48,089 nt of DNA, taken from IMG/VR virus record IMGVR_UViG_2648501149_000023; one strand, given 5' to 3'. Every line of letters begins with the position of its first letter. Position 1 is the stretch's first letter. The DNA is from a virus. Lineage: Duplodnaviria; Heunggongvirae; Uroviricota; Caudoviricetes. Shown here piece after piece: positions 1-7,813 of the stretch. The translations under genes and the position numbers were made by a program. The notes beneath the pieces were generated by a model. It did not search any database. It was not told where the DNA came from and worked only from the letters and a program-made list of their open reading frames with translations.

Positions 1-192
1 TCAGGAGCATTTCTGATTAACGCCACCGTTAAGAATCCACCCTTCAACAGCTTCACGAAGGTATGATTTGGGGTGGGTTCTGACTGGCTTCGGAAATCCG
101 TGCCGTTTGGTATAGTTCCAGATTGTCTGACGTGATGAAACACCGAGCTTGTTCATCACTTCTTTCTCAGGAATCAGGCTGGTATCGGTCAT
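1..192 (-). CDS. AlpA/Xis-family excisionase-like DNA-binding protein (63 aa)
   Basis: ORF MTDTSLIPEKEVMNKLGVSSRQTIWNYTKRHGFPKPV... ; ATG at 192 preceded by GGAGA; stop at 1-3; leftmost position in a lambdoid early-left operon where xis sits next to int (int expected beyond the window edge). Confidence 0.6.
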   Translation of the reverse strand: MTDTSLIPEKEVMNKLGVSSRQTIWNYTKRHGFPKPVRTHPKSYLREAVEGWILNGGVNQKCS

Positions 193-207
193 CTTAATTC
201 TCCAGGC

Positions 208-230
208 AAAAAAAACCGCCATCAGGCGGC
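208..230 (-). terminator. Putative intrinsic terminator (CCGCC/GGCGG stem followed by a U-run on the minus strand)
   Basis: Plus strand reads aaaaaaaaCCGCCatcaGGCGGc; on the minus strand the hairpin is followed by 8 T; overlaps the stop of the upstream minus-strand ORF. Confidence 0.5.
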
Positions 231-389
231 TTGGTGTTCTTTCAGTTCTTCAATTCGAATATTGGTTACGTCTGCATGTGCTATCTGCGCCCATATCATC
301 CAGTGGTTATAGCAGTCGTTGATGTCCTCTGCTTCGATAACCCTGTCGAATGGCTCTCCATTCCATTCACCTGTGACTCGGAAGTGCAT
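222..389 (-). CDS. Hypothetical small phage protein (55 aa)
   Basis: ORF track 222..404; the first ATG (at 389) is preceded by GGAGA; the track start at 404 is a TTG. Confidence 0.4.
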   Translation of the reverse strand: MHFRVTGEWNGEPFDRVIEAEDINDCYNHWMIWAQIAHADVTNIRIEELKEHQAA

Positions 390-424
390 TTGTGATTTCT
401 CCAAAAGATGCTTGAGTGCGCTTC

Positions 425-736
425 TTATTCGATTCGCACACCTGGTATTTCGCCTTTTGAAATGGCTAAGTCATAAATTTGCGCAGCACTATACCCATCT
501 CGCATCCATGAATCTAAGGCGCGAATAGCCTCGCTACGCTTTTTATCTTCTCTTTCATTTTTGATATCAACGAGGACATCAACGCAATTAAGGCAAATGT
601 GGATTTTGTCCTTACATTCGATCATGGCGGCTTTGCCATGATTTCCGCCACACAGTGAGCATAAATCTTCAGGGTCTGGCTGGTATTTCTGTAACGTTAG
701 AGGGTTGAATGTTGAACAGGCCATAATCATCTCCAT
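425..736 (-). CDS. Small zinc-ribbon-like protein (CxxC ... CxxC)
   Basis: Translation contains CSLCGG and CLNC cysteine pairs; several in-frame ATGs (736, 730, 724), the one at 724 has GGAG at a good spacing. Confidence 0.45.
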   Translation of the reverse strand: MEMIMACSTFNPLTLQKYQPDPEDLCSLCGGNHGKAAMIECKDKIHICLNCVDVLVDIKNEREDKKRSEAIRALDSWMRDGYSAAQIYDLAISKGEIPGVRIE

Positions 737-794
737 AAAACAAAACCCGCCGTAGCGAGTTCAGATAAAAGAAATCCCCGAGAGTGCGAGGATT

Positions 795-914
795 GTTAGT
801 TGCGCTCTGCTGCTGCCTTAGCCATTACCATATCCACCCAATTTCACCAGACATGATTCTCGCAATCACTATCATCACCAAAGTGATAATCACAACTTTA
901 ACTGGCGGCATCAT
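795..914 (-). CDS. Possible 39-aa hydrophobic peptide, translationally coupled to the upstream gene
   Basis: Hand translation MMPPVKVVIITLVMIVIARIMSGEIWVDMVMAKAAAERN; its ATG overlaps the TGA stop of the 911..1537 gene (ATGA); below the ORF-track size cutoff. Confidence 0.25.
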
Positions 915-1537
915 TTGCCATCCTGCTGCGGCGGTTCTGGTAGCGGCATCCAGTGTGACGGCTCACATACCCCCTCAACACCATTCATGTAAAAGAATTG
1001 AAATAACCCTTTACCTTTGTGAAACCCTACCATCTGCTCTTTTGTGTCTGAGCAATAAACCAAAACATCTTCTTCGCTTGGCATTCGCTCACTACAGCTT
1101 ATCCAACCATCCGGAGTTACCGGAGAGTTGCCGGGTTCTTTAATGTGCAAGCGAGGCTCACCATCTTTTGGTTCAGGCCACTGGCGCTCCATGTTGATCT
1201 TCAATTTATTTTCCATAGCAGCGGTAATTTCAGCATCACTGATACCAGCACGGCGCTGTGCATCCCACAACAGGAACTGCATATCAGCCCACTCGCTGAG
1301 ATCGTCAGGTTCGGCTGCGGCTTCCAGAGCCTCTTTTGAGAGGTGTTTCAGTGGACCAATGGGGCCAACGCAGCCAAATGTGGAGTCAGACCATTTGGCA
1401 TGCTCGTGGCGAATCTGTTCGCGTTCCAGTAATGCCAGTGCAATTCGTGCCAGTTCCATTTGTTCGCCACGAGTAAGCCCGTTATCAAGCGGATTTTTAA
1501 TGAATAATTCGATACGTTCTTTGGTAATAGTGGTCAT
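911..1537 (-). CDS. DUF551-domain (Eaa-like) early protein
   Basis: C-terminal region with ...CSERMPSEEDVLVY...HWMPLPEPP typical of DUF551 proteins of lambdoid early-left regions (from recall); start overlaps the upstream stop (ATGA). Confidence 0.55.
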   Translation of the reverse strand: MTTITKERIELFIKNPLDNGLTRGEQMELARIALALLEREQIRHEHAKWSDSTFGCVGPIGPLKHLSKEALEAAAEPDDLSEWADMQFLLWDAQRRAGISDAEITAAMENKLKINMERQWPEPKDGEPRLHIKEPGNSPVTPDGWISCSERMPSEEDVLVYCSDTKEQMVGFHKGKGLFQFFYMNGVEGVCEPSHWMPLPEPPQQDGK

Positions 1538-2049
1538 GCCGCGTTTCCTTCTTTCTTATTAACAATTACACCGTCATATATTTCATTAAGGTGCCCTCTC
1601 AACTCCATCCGCCTTAATGCAGATAACATGTAATCGCATTCAACCTGCTTATTCCCGGTAAATGGCTTATCGTCAGGATTACCCCAACAGCAATTACCCC
1701 TGGGCCATCCATGTACTTTCCGAACTCTTCCGTTAACAACGTGAAGTAATCCCCAGCCAGGAGGTAAATCCTCAACTGAAATAATTCCCGGCTCACTAAT
1801 AAAGAATCGCCAGTCGCCCATTCCAAGAGACGGATTTTTACGAAAACGCTTTTTTCTATCTGCCAACAAGTCAGCACGAGAACACTTCGCCTCTATCAGG
1901 CATGATGCTGAATTTCTGAATCCCATAGCATCTGGCTGCTCTCCGGTACTGGTTACAGCAACAAAGCGGTCATGAAAGCAAACCTTGAACCCGTTGCGCT
2001 TAAGGAACTTGTACGCAATCTGACAGAGTTCGCGGTGTGTTAACGCCAT
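1534..2049 (-). CDS. Putative PD-(D/E)XK-fold nuclease-like protein (171 aa)
   Basis: ATG at 2049 with GGAGAG RBS; translation contains ...GEQPDAMGF...CLIEAKCSRADL, which fits a D...E-x-K nuclease motif; the longer ORF-track start (2211) overlaps the upstream gene. Confidence 0.4.
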   Translation of the reverse strand: MALTHRELCQIAYKFLKRNGFKVCFHDRFVAVTSTGEQPDAMGFRNSASCLIEAKCSRADLLADRKKRFRKNPSLGMGDWRFFISEPGIISVEDLPPGWGLLHVVNGRVRKVHGWPRGNCCWGNPDDKPFTGNKQVECDYMLSALRRMELRGHLNEIYDGVIVNKKEGNAA

Positions 2050-2050
2050 A

Positions 2051-2758
2051 TCACTCTCCTTTGATGCGAATGCCTGCGGCGCGCTCGGCTTCGCTTTGTT
2101 CCCAAAACCACTTGTGAAGCTCCATAAGCTTTTCGTCAATCGGTGCATATTTGCAATTAAAGTAGGCCTGAGCATCTTTCTCAGATTCGTCCGGCAATTC
2201 GCCTGGGCCAAACAGTGTGTTATAAATCCATGCCAGTCCGCTCTTAGCGTCGCCAGTTGCCTGCCATTCGATAATGGCAGCCTGCATGACCAGAATGTTT
2301 TTCCCGATTAACAGGTCCAGTTCTTTGTACCGGTTGCGGATGTATGCATTCTCGCTTTGTAATTTTGCGTTGCGCTTTTCTGAGGCTTCAAGTAACGCCT
2401 GCTTATCGCGTAGCGCTTCTTCCAGTTCAGCAACATGGCATTCGCTATCAATAAGGTTGTTCTCTGCTGCTTCAAGCTCAACTCTCAGCTTCCCTACCGT
2501 TAGCGCAATATCCTCGTTCTCCTGATCGCGGCTTTTGATGTATTGCAGGTTTCTTTCCCGTTCATCCAGCAGTGCCAGCACGGTTTCTGGTCCGGTCAGA
2601 AATTTGAAGGCGTTGAGCGCATCAATATCCACACCGTAATCTTTAAGTTCCTGTTCACTTAACAAGTCATCATCAGCTGGCAACATTAACAGGCGTTCCA
2701 TTGCTGGAATTGCACGTTCCGCCACCTCACGCAGTGCCTGGTAATTAATTTCGCTCAC
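2051..2758 (-). CDS. Ead/Ea22-like coiled-coil early protein
   Basis: 235-aa acidic, coiled-coil-rich ORF in the early-left accessory region; GTG start overlapping the upstream TGA; family assignment from recall only. Confidence 0.45.
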   Translation of the reverse strand: MSEINYQALREVAERAIPAMERLLMLPADDDLLSEQELKDYGVDIDALNAFKFLTGPETVLALLDERERNLQYIKSRDQENEDIALTVGKLRVELEAAENNLIDSECHVAELEEALRDKQALLEASEKRNAKLQSENAYIRNRYKELDLLIGKNILVMQAAIIEWQATGDAKSGLAWIYNTLFGPGELPDESEKDAQAYFNCKYAPIDEKLMELHKWFWEQSEAERAAGIRIKGE

Positions 2759-3186
2759 TGGTTGCCTCCTTTGCGAAGCTCAGCGGCGAAGGCTACTGCG
2801 TGATCATGATGTTCAAGTGTGTATGCACACTCCGCAAACATCTCCACGCCCTGCGCACGAATTTCAGCCAGGAAAGCATCGGTGGCTGGGGTTTCAGTAA
2901 CATCATCTTCCCATTCGCTAAACTCCTCACGACAAAAGTCATTAAATTCCTTCTCAGATTGCTTAAGCGAGGTATTTTCAGCAGCCATCTTCGCGCACTT
3001 GGCCTCAAGGTTATCAATCGTGATTCCAGCAGAACTACACTCCCGCAACGCCGTTTCTAGTTTTGATTCAAGTTCACCGAACTTACGCACAAGATATTCA
3101 GCGTTTGTTTCGTTAACCTTTAAATCACATGGGATGCATTTACCTTTCAGAAATCCATCCATCTCAATTAGTGTCATTTGTTTCAT
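2755..3186 (-). CDS. Ea22-like early protein
   Basis: ORF track 2755..3204 (GTG start); the ATG at 3186 ([12 protein letters not shown]...) overlaps the stop of the upstream small gene (ATGA). Confidence 0.4.
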   Translation of the reverse strand: MKQMTLIEMDGFLKGKCIPCDLKVNETNAEYLVRKFGELESKLETALRECSSAGITIDNLEAKCAKMAAENTSLKQSEKEFNDFCREEFSEWEDDVTETPATDAFLAEIRAQGVEMFAECAYTLEHHDHAVAFAAELRKGGNQ

Positions 3187-3347
3187 TTTTTCCCACTCCG
3201 CCACATCGCATTCAGATATTTGTTTTGATTCACTGATGGAAAAGAATTTCTCTTAAGCAATCCCTCTCTCGATGGCATTGGCTTTACTCGTTGGCGAATA
3301 ATCATTTCTGCCGGAAGAATGCCGGGATTGTATGCAAGTCCTCTCAT
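3183..3347 (-). CDS. Small basic protein (54 aa)
   Basis: [54 protein letters not shown]; ATG at 3347 preceded by GAGGA; fills the gap between flanking genes. Confidence 0.3.
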   Translation of the reverse strand: MRGLAYNPGILPAEMIIRQRVKPMPSREGLLKRNSFPSVNQNKYLNAMWRSGKK

Positions 3348-3357
3348 GGTAAATTCC

Positions 3358-3654
3358 TCAGTCATTACTGATAGCGCCATAGCGTGAGCGGTAATTACGC
3401 AGGCGCGGGTCGATATATTCAGGGAAGTGGGTATATGTGGCTTTGCGGAATGGTCGGATTGATGTCTGGTAAATTCGCTCGCGTTCTTCTTTCTCTGCAA
3501 GCCATATACAGTGGCGAAATTCCTTTTCCTCTTTCGTTTCCTGCGGTAGCGACATTATCCGATCGTAGTTTTTTCTGAATTTATCCAGCACCTCCGATAC
3601 GGAATTGCCGGAACAGCGGCGCGGGTCATCCACACCATACAGAGGCACTGGCAT
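3358..3654 (-). CDS. Hypothetical phage protein (98 aa)
   Basis: ORF immediately downstream of ssb on the same strand; no recognisable motif. Confidence 0.4.
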   Translation of the reverse strand: MPVPLYGVDDPRRCSGNSVSEVLDKFRKNYDRIMSLPQETKEEKEFRHCIWLAEKEERERIYQTSIRPFRKATYTHFPEYIDPRLRNYRSRYGAISND

Positions 3655-3677
3655 GATTAAATCCTTATGTTGCTAAT

Positions 3678-4061
3678 TTAGAAGGGAATTGAATCGTCGT
3701 GTTCAGGATGATTTTGATGATTGCTACTTTGTTGCTGTTGGCTGTTTCCTGAAGTTGCAAATCCAATCTTTGCATTCAGTAATTCAAGAGTGATTGATTG
3801 ACCATTTTGCCCCTGATAAACATCAACCCTGATGTTTTCTCCGGTAATTTCAGCAATGCCACCTTCAACAAGAACACTACGGTAGTAATCCGCTTGCGCT
3901 CCCGGCTTGGCAAATACAACGGCGCTGTAGTTTGTCCATTCTTTCTTTTTTGTCTGGCGATCGTAATACTGAACGCCAGCACGGATGTTGAATCCGATAT
4001 TTTCCCCGGCCTGAAACTCTCTTGCGGGCTTGTTTAGTCTTACAGTAATCGAATGTGCCAT
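3678..4061 (-). CDS. ssb: Phage single-stranded DNA-binding protein
   Basis: 127-aa product MAHSITVRLNKPAREFQ... ending in the acidic SSB tail ...EHDDSIPF; ATG overlaps the erf stop (TAATG). Confidence 0.8.
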   Translation of the reverse strand: MAHSITVRLNKPAREFQAGENIGFNIRAGVQYYDRQTKKKEWTNYSAVVFAKPGAQADYYRSVLVEGGIAEITGENIRVDVYQGQNGQSITLELLNAKIGFATSGNSQQQQSSNHQNHPEHDDSIPF

Positions 4062-4666
4062 TAAGCAGCCGCTCCTTCTAATTCGTCTCGTCTGATGTTG
4101 TAAACGTCCTGCGCTTTGTGCTGCTCCGGTGTGCCTTCGAGCATCTTCCACGCTTTGGCGAACGCCTGTTTAAGCTCTTCTACGGTGTTTTTCTGCATTG
4201 CTGCGTCAGTGAATGCTTTTAGAACCTGTTCAGGTGTAGGTGATGGTTTTGATTGCTTTGCTGCTGCGTTCTGCTGATGTTTATGCTCGTCGGTATCTGC
4301 ATCTTTCGCATCATCAATGCCGAACAAACCATTGAGGCAATACTTGCGTGCATAAGAGCTTGTAGCTCCCGTAACTTGTGCAGAATCCATTCCTTTCTTG
4401 CTTTCTTCCTCTCGTGCAAGAGCGGTTGCCGTATGACTGTTTTCGCCATCGGTAATAGTTGCCGTGGCTTTCACATAATACCGATCACCAATCAACACAA
4501 CTTCATCGCTGATTGATAAAAACAGGCCATTCAGTAACGGCTTAACGCCTTCAAGAATGTCTTCGCAGCTTCTGTATTTATATTTACCGAATGAGTTGTA
4601 CTGATTCTTTGGCGCATTCAGATTCTCCTGAATAGCTGCCAGTCTTGCGTAAAATTCTTTGCTCAT
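4061..4666 (-). CDS. erf: Erf-family single-strand annealing recombinase (P22 Erf-like)
   Basis: MSKEFYARLAAIQENLNAPKNQYNSFGKYKYRSCEDILEGVKPLL... matches the P22 Erf N-terminus from recall; ATG at 4666; the ORF track extends to 4696. Confidence 0.7.
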   Translation of the reverse strand: MSKEFYARLAAIQENLNAPKNQYNSFGKYKYRSCEDILEGVKPLLNGLFLSISDEVVLIGDRYYVKATATITDGENSHTATALAREEESKKGMDSAQVTGATSSYARKYCLNGLFGIDDAKDADTDEHKHQQNAAAKQSKPSPTPEQVLKAFTDAAMQKNTVEELKQAFAKAWKMLEGTPEQHKAQDVYNIRRDELEGAAA

Positions 4667-4755
4667 ATGATTGTTCTCAGAATGGACACGGCCCAAGGAA
4701 ATAACGCTGATTTAATACTTCAGTCTTTGCCGCATTTAAAAATACGCGAACACCT

Positions 4756-4926
4756 TCACGATCTCCCTTCTGGCGATACATTAACGCCTGCTGCGTGTAC
4801 ATGCGTCTCTGTAACTTGCTTTCCTTCACTGTGGTTGCAAGTGACATGAATATCTCCTTCGTTACCGATTAATTCTTTCATCTGACGAATGAATTCTTCG
4901 TCTGACCAGTTATCTGTGAAACTCAT
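4756..4926 (-). CDS. Small protein at the Arf position (56 aa)
   Basis: MSFTDNWSDEEFIRQMKELIGNEG...; ATG overlaps the kil stop (ATGA); position between kil and erf as for P22 arf. Confidence 0.4.
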   Translation of the reverse strand: MSFTDNWSDEEFIRQMKELIGNEGDIHVTCNHSEGKQVTETHVHAAGVNVSPEGRS

Positions 4927-5075
4927 TTCCTGCGATACCACGGAAGGTTGATAGCTGATTTCATCGCTTTATTTGCTTCAAGCCACATTTTGGAATCACC
5001 AATAAATCTGGCTATTACTGCTTTGTTTTGTGCCGCACGAAGCATCTGGTGATTAATGGCTATTTCATTGCGCAT
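4923..5075 (-). CDS. kil: Kil-like host-killing protein (50 aa)
   Basis: Hand translation MRNEIAINHQMLRAAQNKAVIARFIGDSKMWLEANKAMKSAINLPWYRRK; the FIGD-K-M core resembles lambda Kil (from recall); overlaps the cIII stop; below the ORF-track cutoff. Confidence 0.45.
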   Translation of the reverse strand: MRNEIAINHQMLRAAQNKAVIARFIGDSKMWLEANKAMKSAINLPWYRRK

Positions 5076-5191
5076 AATAAGACCTCAACTCTTTTCCATC
5101 CGTCACGTAATTTACGGGTGATTCGTTCAAGTAAAGATTCATTTAATTGGAAGGCACCCATGCGAGCGCCTCCCGCGATTGCGTAAATCAT
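5060..5191 (-). CDS. cIII: CIII-like FtsH-inhibitor protein (43 aa)
   Basis: Hand translation MIYAIAGGARMGAFQLNESLLERITRKLRDGWKRVEVLLCAMK contains the conserved cIII core ESLLERITRKLRDGWKR; below the ORF-track cutoff. Confidence 0.75.
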   Translation of the reverse strand: MIYAIAGGARMGAFQLNESLLERITRKLRDGWKRVEVLLCAMK

Positions 5192-5215
5192 GGGTGGTTC
5201 CTTATGTTGGTTTTA

Positions 5216-6184
5216 TTAGTAGGTTATTTTTGTTGCGAATACTTCGCCTTTTACGATGGCTGTTATGATATTTTTAGCAACATCTTCTGATGCACCAACC
5301 TTGATAAGGTCAGCAAGTATTTTGTTATTTACTTCTTTCCGGTGAGCTTTATCCTTTGCTCTACGCTCTTCTTCGTCCTTGATTCTTTTTTCTTCTGCTA
5401 TTCTGGCTTGCTCTTTTGCTTCAGCCTCGCGACGGATTCGTTCAGCCTCCTCATGTGCTTTTCTGCGTTCTGCTTCAATTGCTGCCTGCTTTTCTCTTTC
5501 AGCTCGTTCTGCTGCCTCTTTTGCTTCGCGCTGTGCTCGTTGCTCGGCTTCAATGCGTTCACGCTCTGCACGTTCCGCTGCGGCCTTAGCTTCTGCTTCT
5601 CGCCTTGCTGCTGCTTCAATTTCGGCTTTTGCCTTTGCTTCGGCTTCTGCTCTGGCTTTCTCTTTAGCTTCTCTTTTTAATCGTTCTTCATGCTCTCGCT
5701 TTTCCTGCTCCGCTTTGAGTCTTGCCTCTTCTCTTTGGCGGTCAAATTCGCGATCCATCAAAATAGCTATTTCATGGTCATACTCAATTTGCTTTGCGAG
5801 AGCTTCAGCTGCTGCCTTAGCTTCTTCTTCGGCTTTAATCCGCGCCTGTTCTTCCTCATAATCAGTAAGAGGCTGGCGCGCCTTGGTTTTCAGTTCATCA
5901 AGGCGATCGCGCACTGTCTTGCGGTTAGCATCAATTAGCTTTGGAATTTCCTTCAGTTCAGCAACAAGGTCTTTGCCAAGACCATCGAGATATGTTTTCG
6001 TCTGCGCAACTTTATACGCCAGAGAAGCGATCTCCTTTCTGCCCTTTGCCGTTGTGATATCAGGCACAAAGGACATAACTTCACGTTCAACCTTTTGAAG
6101 GATTTCTTCAATCTGGTCGGCAGACTGAAATACAGTCATTGCATTTGCTTTTTCAATAACAACTAAATCTGTTACTTCACTCAT
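5216..6184 (-). CDS. Coiled-coil protein with a long E/K/A/R-rich repeat region (322 aa)
   Basis: ATG at 6184 preceded by GGAGGA; N-terminal globular part then about 150 aa of ...EAEAKAKAEIEAAARREAEAK... ; possibly DUF1351-like (recall, unverified). Confidence 0.6.
   Translation of the reverse strand: MSEVTDLVVIEKANAMTVFQSADQIEEILQKVEREVMSFVPDITTAKGRKEIASLAYKVAQTKTYLDGLGKDLVAELKEIPKLIDANRKTVRDRLDELKTKARQPLTDYEEEQARIKAEEEAKAAAEALAKQIEYDHEIAILMDREFDRQREEARLKAEQEKREHEERLKREAKEKARAEAEAKAKAEIEAAARREAEAKAAAERAERERIEAEQRAQREAKEAAERAEREKQAAIEAERRKAHEEAERIRREAEAKEQARIAEEKRIKDEEERRAKDKAHRKEVNNKILADLIKVGASEDVAKNIITAIVKGEVFATKITY
5390..5800. repeat. Low-complexity GC-skewed coding repeat (encodes the KAEAE-type region)
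   Basis: Degenerate reiteration of gcttc/gcctc/ttctgc units on the plus strand; produces several spurious ORFs on both strands. Confidence 0.6.
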
Positions 6185-6195
6185 ATATCCTCCGT

Positions 6196-6222
6196 CAAAA
6201 AATTGCCCTCACATTGGAGGGC
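6196..6222 (-). terminator. Intrinsic terminator (GCCCTC/GAGGGC hairpin plus U-run on the minus strand)
   Basis: Plus strand aaaaaattGCCCTCacattgGAGGGC; sits just upstream of the 5216..6184 gene start. Confidence 0.6.
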
Positions 6223-6339
6223 AAAGAAGATTTCCAATAATCAGAACAAGTCGGCTCCTGTTTAGTTACGAGCGACATTGCTCCGTGTATTCACTCGTTG
6301 GAATGAATACACAGTGCAGTGTTTATTCTGTTGTTTGTG

Positions 6340-6366
6340 CCAAAAATAAAGGCCGACTATGCGGCC
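6340..6366 (-). terminator. Intrinsic terminator after the 6357..6980 gene
   Basis: GGCCGactatgCGGCC hairpin with the stop codon in the loop, followed on the minus strand by TTTATTTTTGG. Confidence 0.55.
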
Positions 6367-6980
6367 TCGGAAGGAAGTCCAATCATCTTATTCAAATCTT
6401 CTACCCGTAAAGCAGGAAGTGCTGCACTTGCTTTATCTGCTTCTTTTGGTAGCAACTCTTTGCTTTCAGGCCAGACCTCAATAAGTCGCTTAACTGTTGT
6501 GACTGAGTTCAAAGCAGCCCATACATTTGATTCGATATCCTTTTTCCTGGCTTCAAGTTTTTGTTGCAATGCGCAGATTTCATCAAACCTTTTTGTTATT
6601 TTGTGTTCTGCGTCAAACATGCATTTATCTTTGTCGGGGGTAGGGAGCAATATATCTTCACCGTTGCCGTCTTTTCCGTATGAATGCCAGCCAACCCTTC
6701 TTCCAGATACAGTCAGATAAATCGAACTTGAACTGACATCGCATGAGTAAAATGAACATCCAAGCTTTTGAAGTTCCTCACTTGCAGCCATTAACTTTGA
6801 TGCCAGCTGGTCCACTTCTTCGGTTTTCTTTTTCCCGCCAAACGCAATAACTCTGGCGTCAAGTGCAAGCTGGTTCTTTAACTTTGTTACTTCTTCAAGT
6901 TCAGTGAAAACCCCAGACTTAATTAAAGCGTTACGAGCGATTTCCTCTTTCATTCTCGTAGTTAAGCGGATTGATGACAT
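6357..6980 (-). CDS. Hypothetical accessory protein (207 aa), own RBS and terminator
   Basis: ATG at 6980 (MSSIRLTTRMKEEIARNALIKSG...) preceded by GAGAGGA; no recognisable domain; occupies the sieB/esc position of P22-like genomes. Confidence 0.55.
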   Translation of the reverse strand: MSSIRLTTRMKEEIARNALIKSGVFTELEEVTKLKNQLALDARVIAFGGKKKTEEVDQLASKLMAASEELQKLGCSFYSCDVSSSSIYLTVSGRRVGWHSYGKDGNGEDILLPTPDKDKCMFDAEHKITKRFDEICALQQKLEARKKDIESNVWAALNSVTTVKRLIEVWPESKELLPKEADKASAALPALRVEDLNKMIGLPSEAA

Positions 6981-7116
6981 ATTAATTCCTCTCAAATAAG
7001 TGGTTTGCTGCCTAATTTCATTTTCTGGCGACCAACACAAGTCACACCCATTTCACTGCGTGGCTTGCGGTAGTAAATACGGTTATTTATGTCATTAAAA
7101 ACCAGCGTGAGCGTGG

Positions 7117-7383
7117 TTATTTTTTCTTTCCAAGAGATGGAAGCCCTCCAGAATAATCTGGACCACTTGAACGATGCATTTGATACAATATTGCGTTTTT
7201 GTTGGCGTTTAGTGGCTTTGTTGCGAAAGAAATTTTTTCTCGTTTTACATCTCTTATCATCATCAACTCACGTTCTGATGCTTTTGGATGATAATCATTG
7301 ATATGCTTCCATGCTGCCTTGGCGCTGAATTTTCTTCCACATAAAGGGCAATAGCATTTATATGATACTTGTTTGCTAGTCAT
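7117..7383 (-). CDS. Small C2H2-like zinc-finger protein (88 aa)
   Basis: YKCYCPLCGRKFSAKAAWKHINDYH has C-x2-C-x11-H-x4-H spacing; ATG lies 2 nt after the N stop; occupies the ral position. Confidence 0.55.
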   Translation of the reverse strand: MTSKQVSYKCYCPLCGRKFSAKAAWKHINDYHPKASERELMMIRDVKREKISFATKPLNANKNAILYQMHRSSGPDYSGGLPSLGKKK

Positions 7384-7385
7384 TT

Positions 7386-7694
7386 CTATCTCGCCGTAAT
7401 TGATTTCATTGACCTGTAACCAGCAGCATACAGTGCAACTTCAGGCAAACAAACGCTTCCGCCATTCGCATCTGTATTTGATTTACTGATGATGCCGAGT
7501 GATATTGCTTTTTCAGAAAGACTTAAACGCTTTCTCGGTTCTTCCTGAACAGCTTCCTCACTGTCTGTGCCGAAGATCGAATCGATGATGTTGCAGATGG
7601 AATCACGCTCGATAGCCAGCTTTCTGCGCCGCTCATGACGGCGAGTTTTGGCATTTCCTGCAAATGTTGATTTTCCGTACACGATTACCGTCAT
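7386..7694 (-). CDS. N: Antitermination protein N (P22 gene 24 type)
   Basis: MTVIVYGKSTFAGNAKTRRHERRRKLAIERD... contains the P22 N arginine-rich motif GNAKTRRHERRRKLAIER; ATG at 7694 preceded by GAGGA; the ORF track extends upstream to a non-ATG start. Confidence 0.85.
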   Translation of the reverse strand: MTVIVYGKSTFAGNAKTRRHERRRKLAIERDSICNIIDSIFGTDSEEAVQEEPRKRLSLSEKAISLGIISKSNTDANGGSVCLPEVALYAAGYRSMKSITAR

Positions 7695-7813
7695 GATGTT
7701 TTCCTCATGTGAAATGGCTTTGGTGGTGATGCGCCAGGTGCTGATCTTCTGGTTGCTGTCGTTGCAGCTGCAATTCACATCACCGCCAAACCCATCTCGT
7801 TTGGTATCTGTTT

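Noticed and set aside
784-1143. 119-codon plus-strand ORF and other plus-strand ORFs (1128..1562, 2096..2311, 2274..2525, 2800..3256)
   Set aside because: All are antisense to the contiguous, translationally coupled minus-strand early-left genes and lack start signals.
5342-5938. Several plus-strand ORFs (5342..5680, 5379..5861, 5690..5938) and minus-strand 5398..5619
   Set aside because: They arise from the low-complexity repeat encoding the coiled-coil protein; their translations are poly-Ser/Ala/Phe/Cys low-complexity strings.
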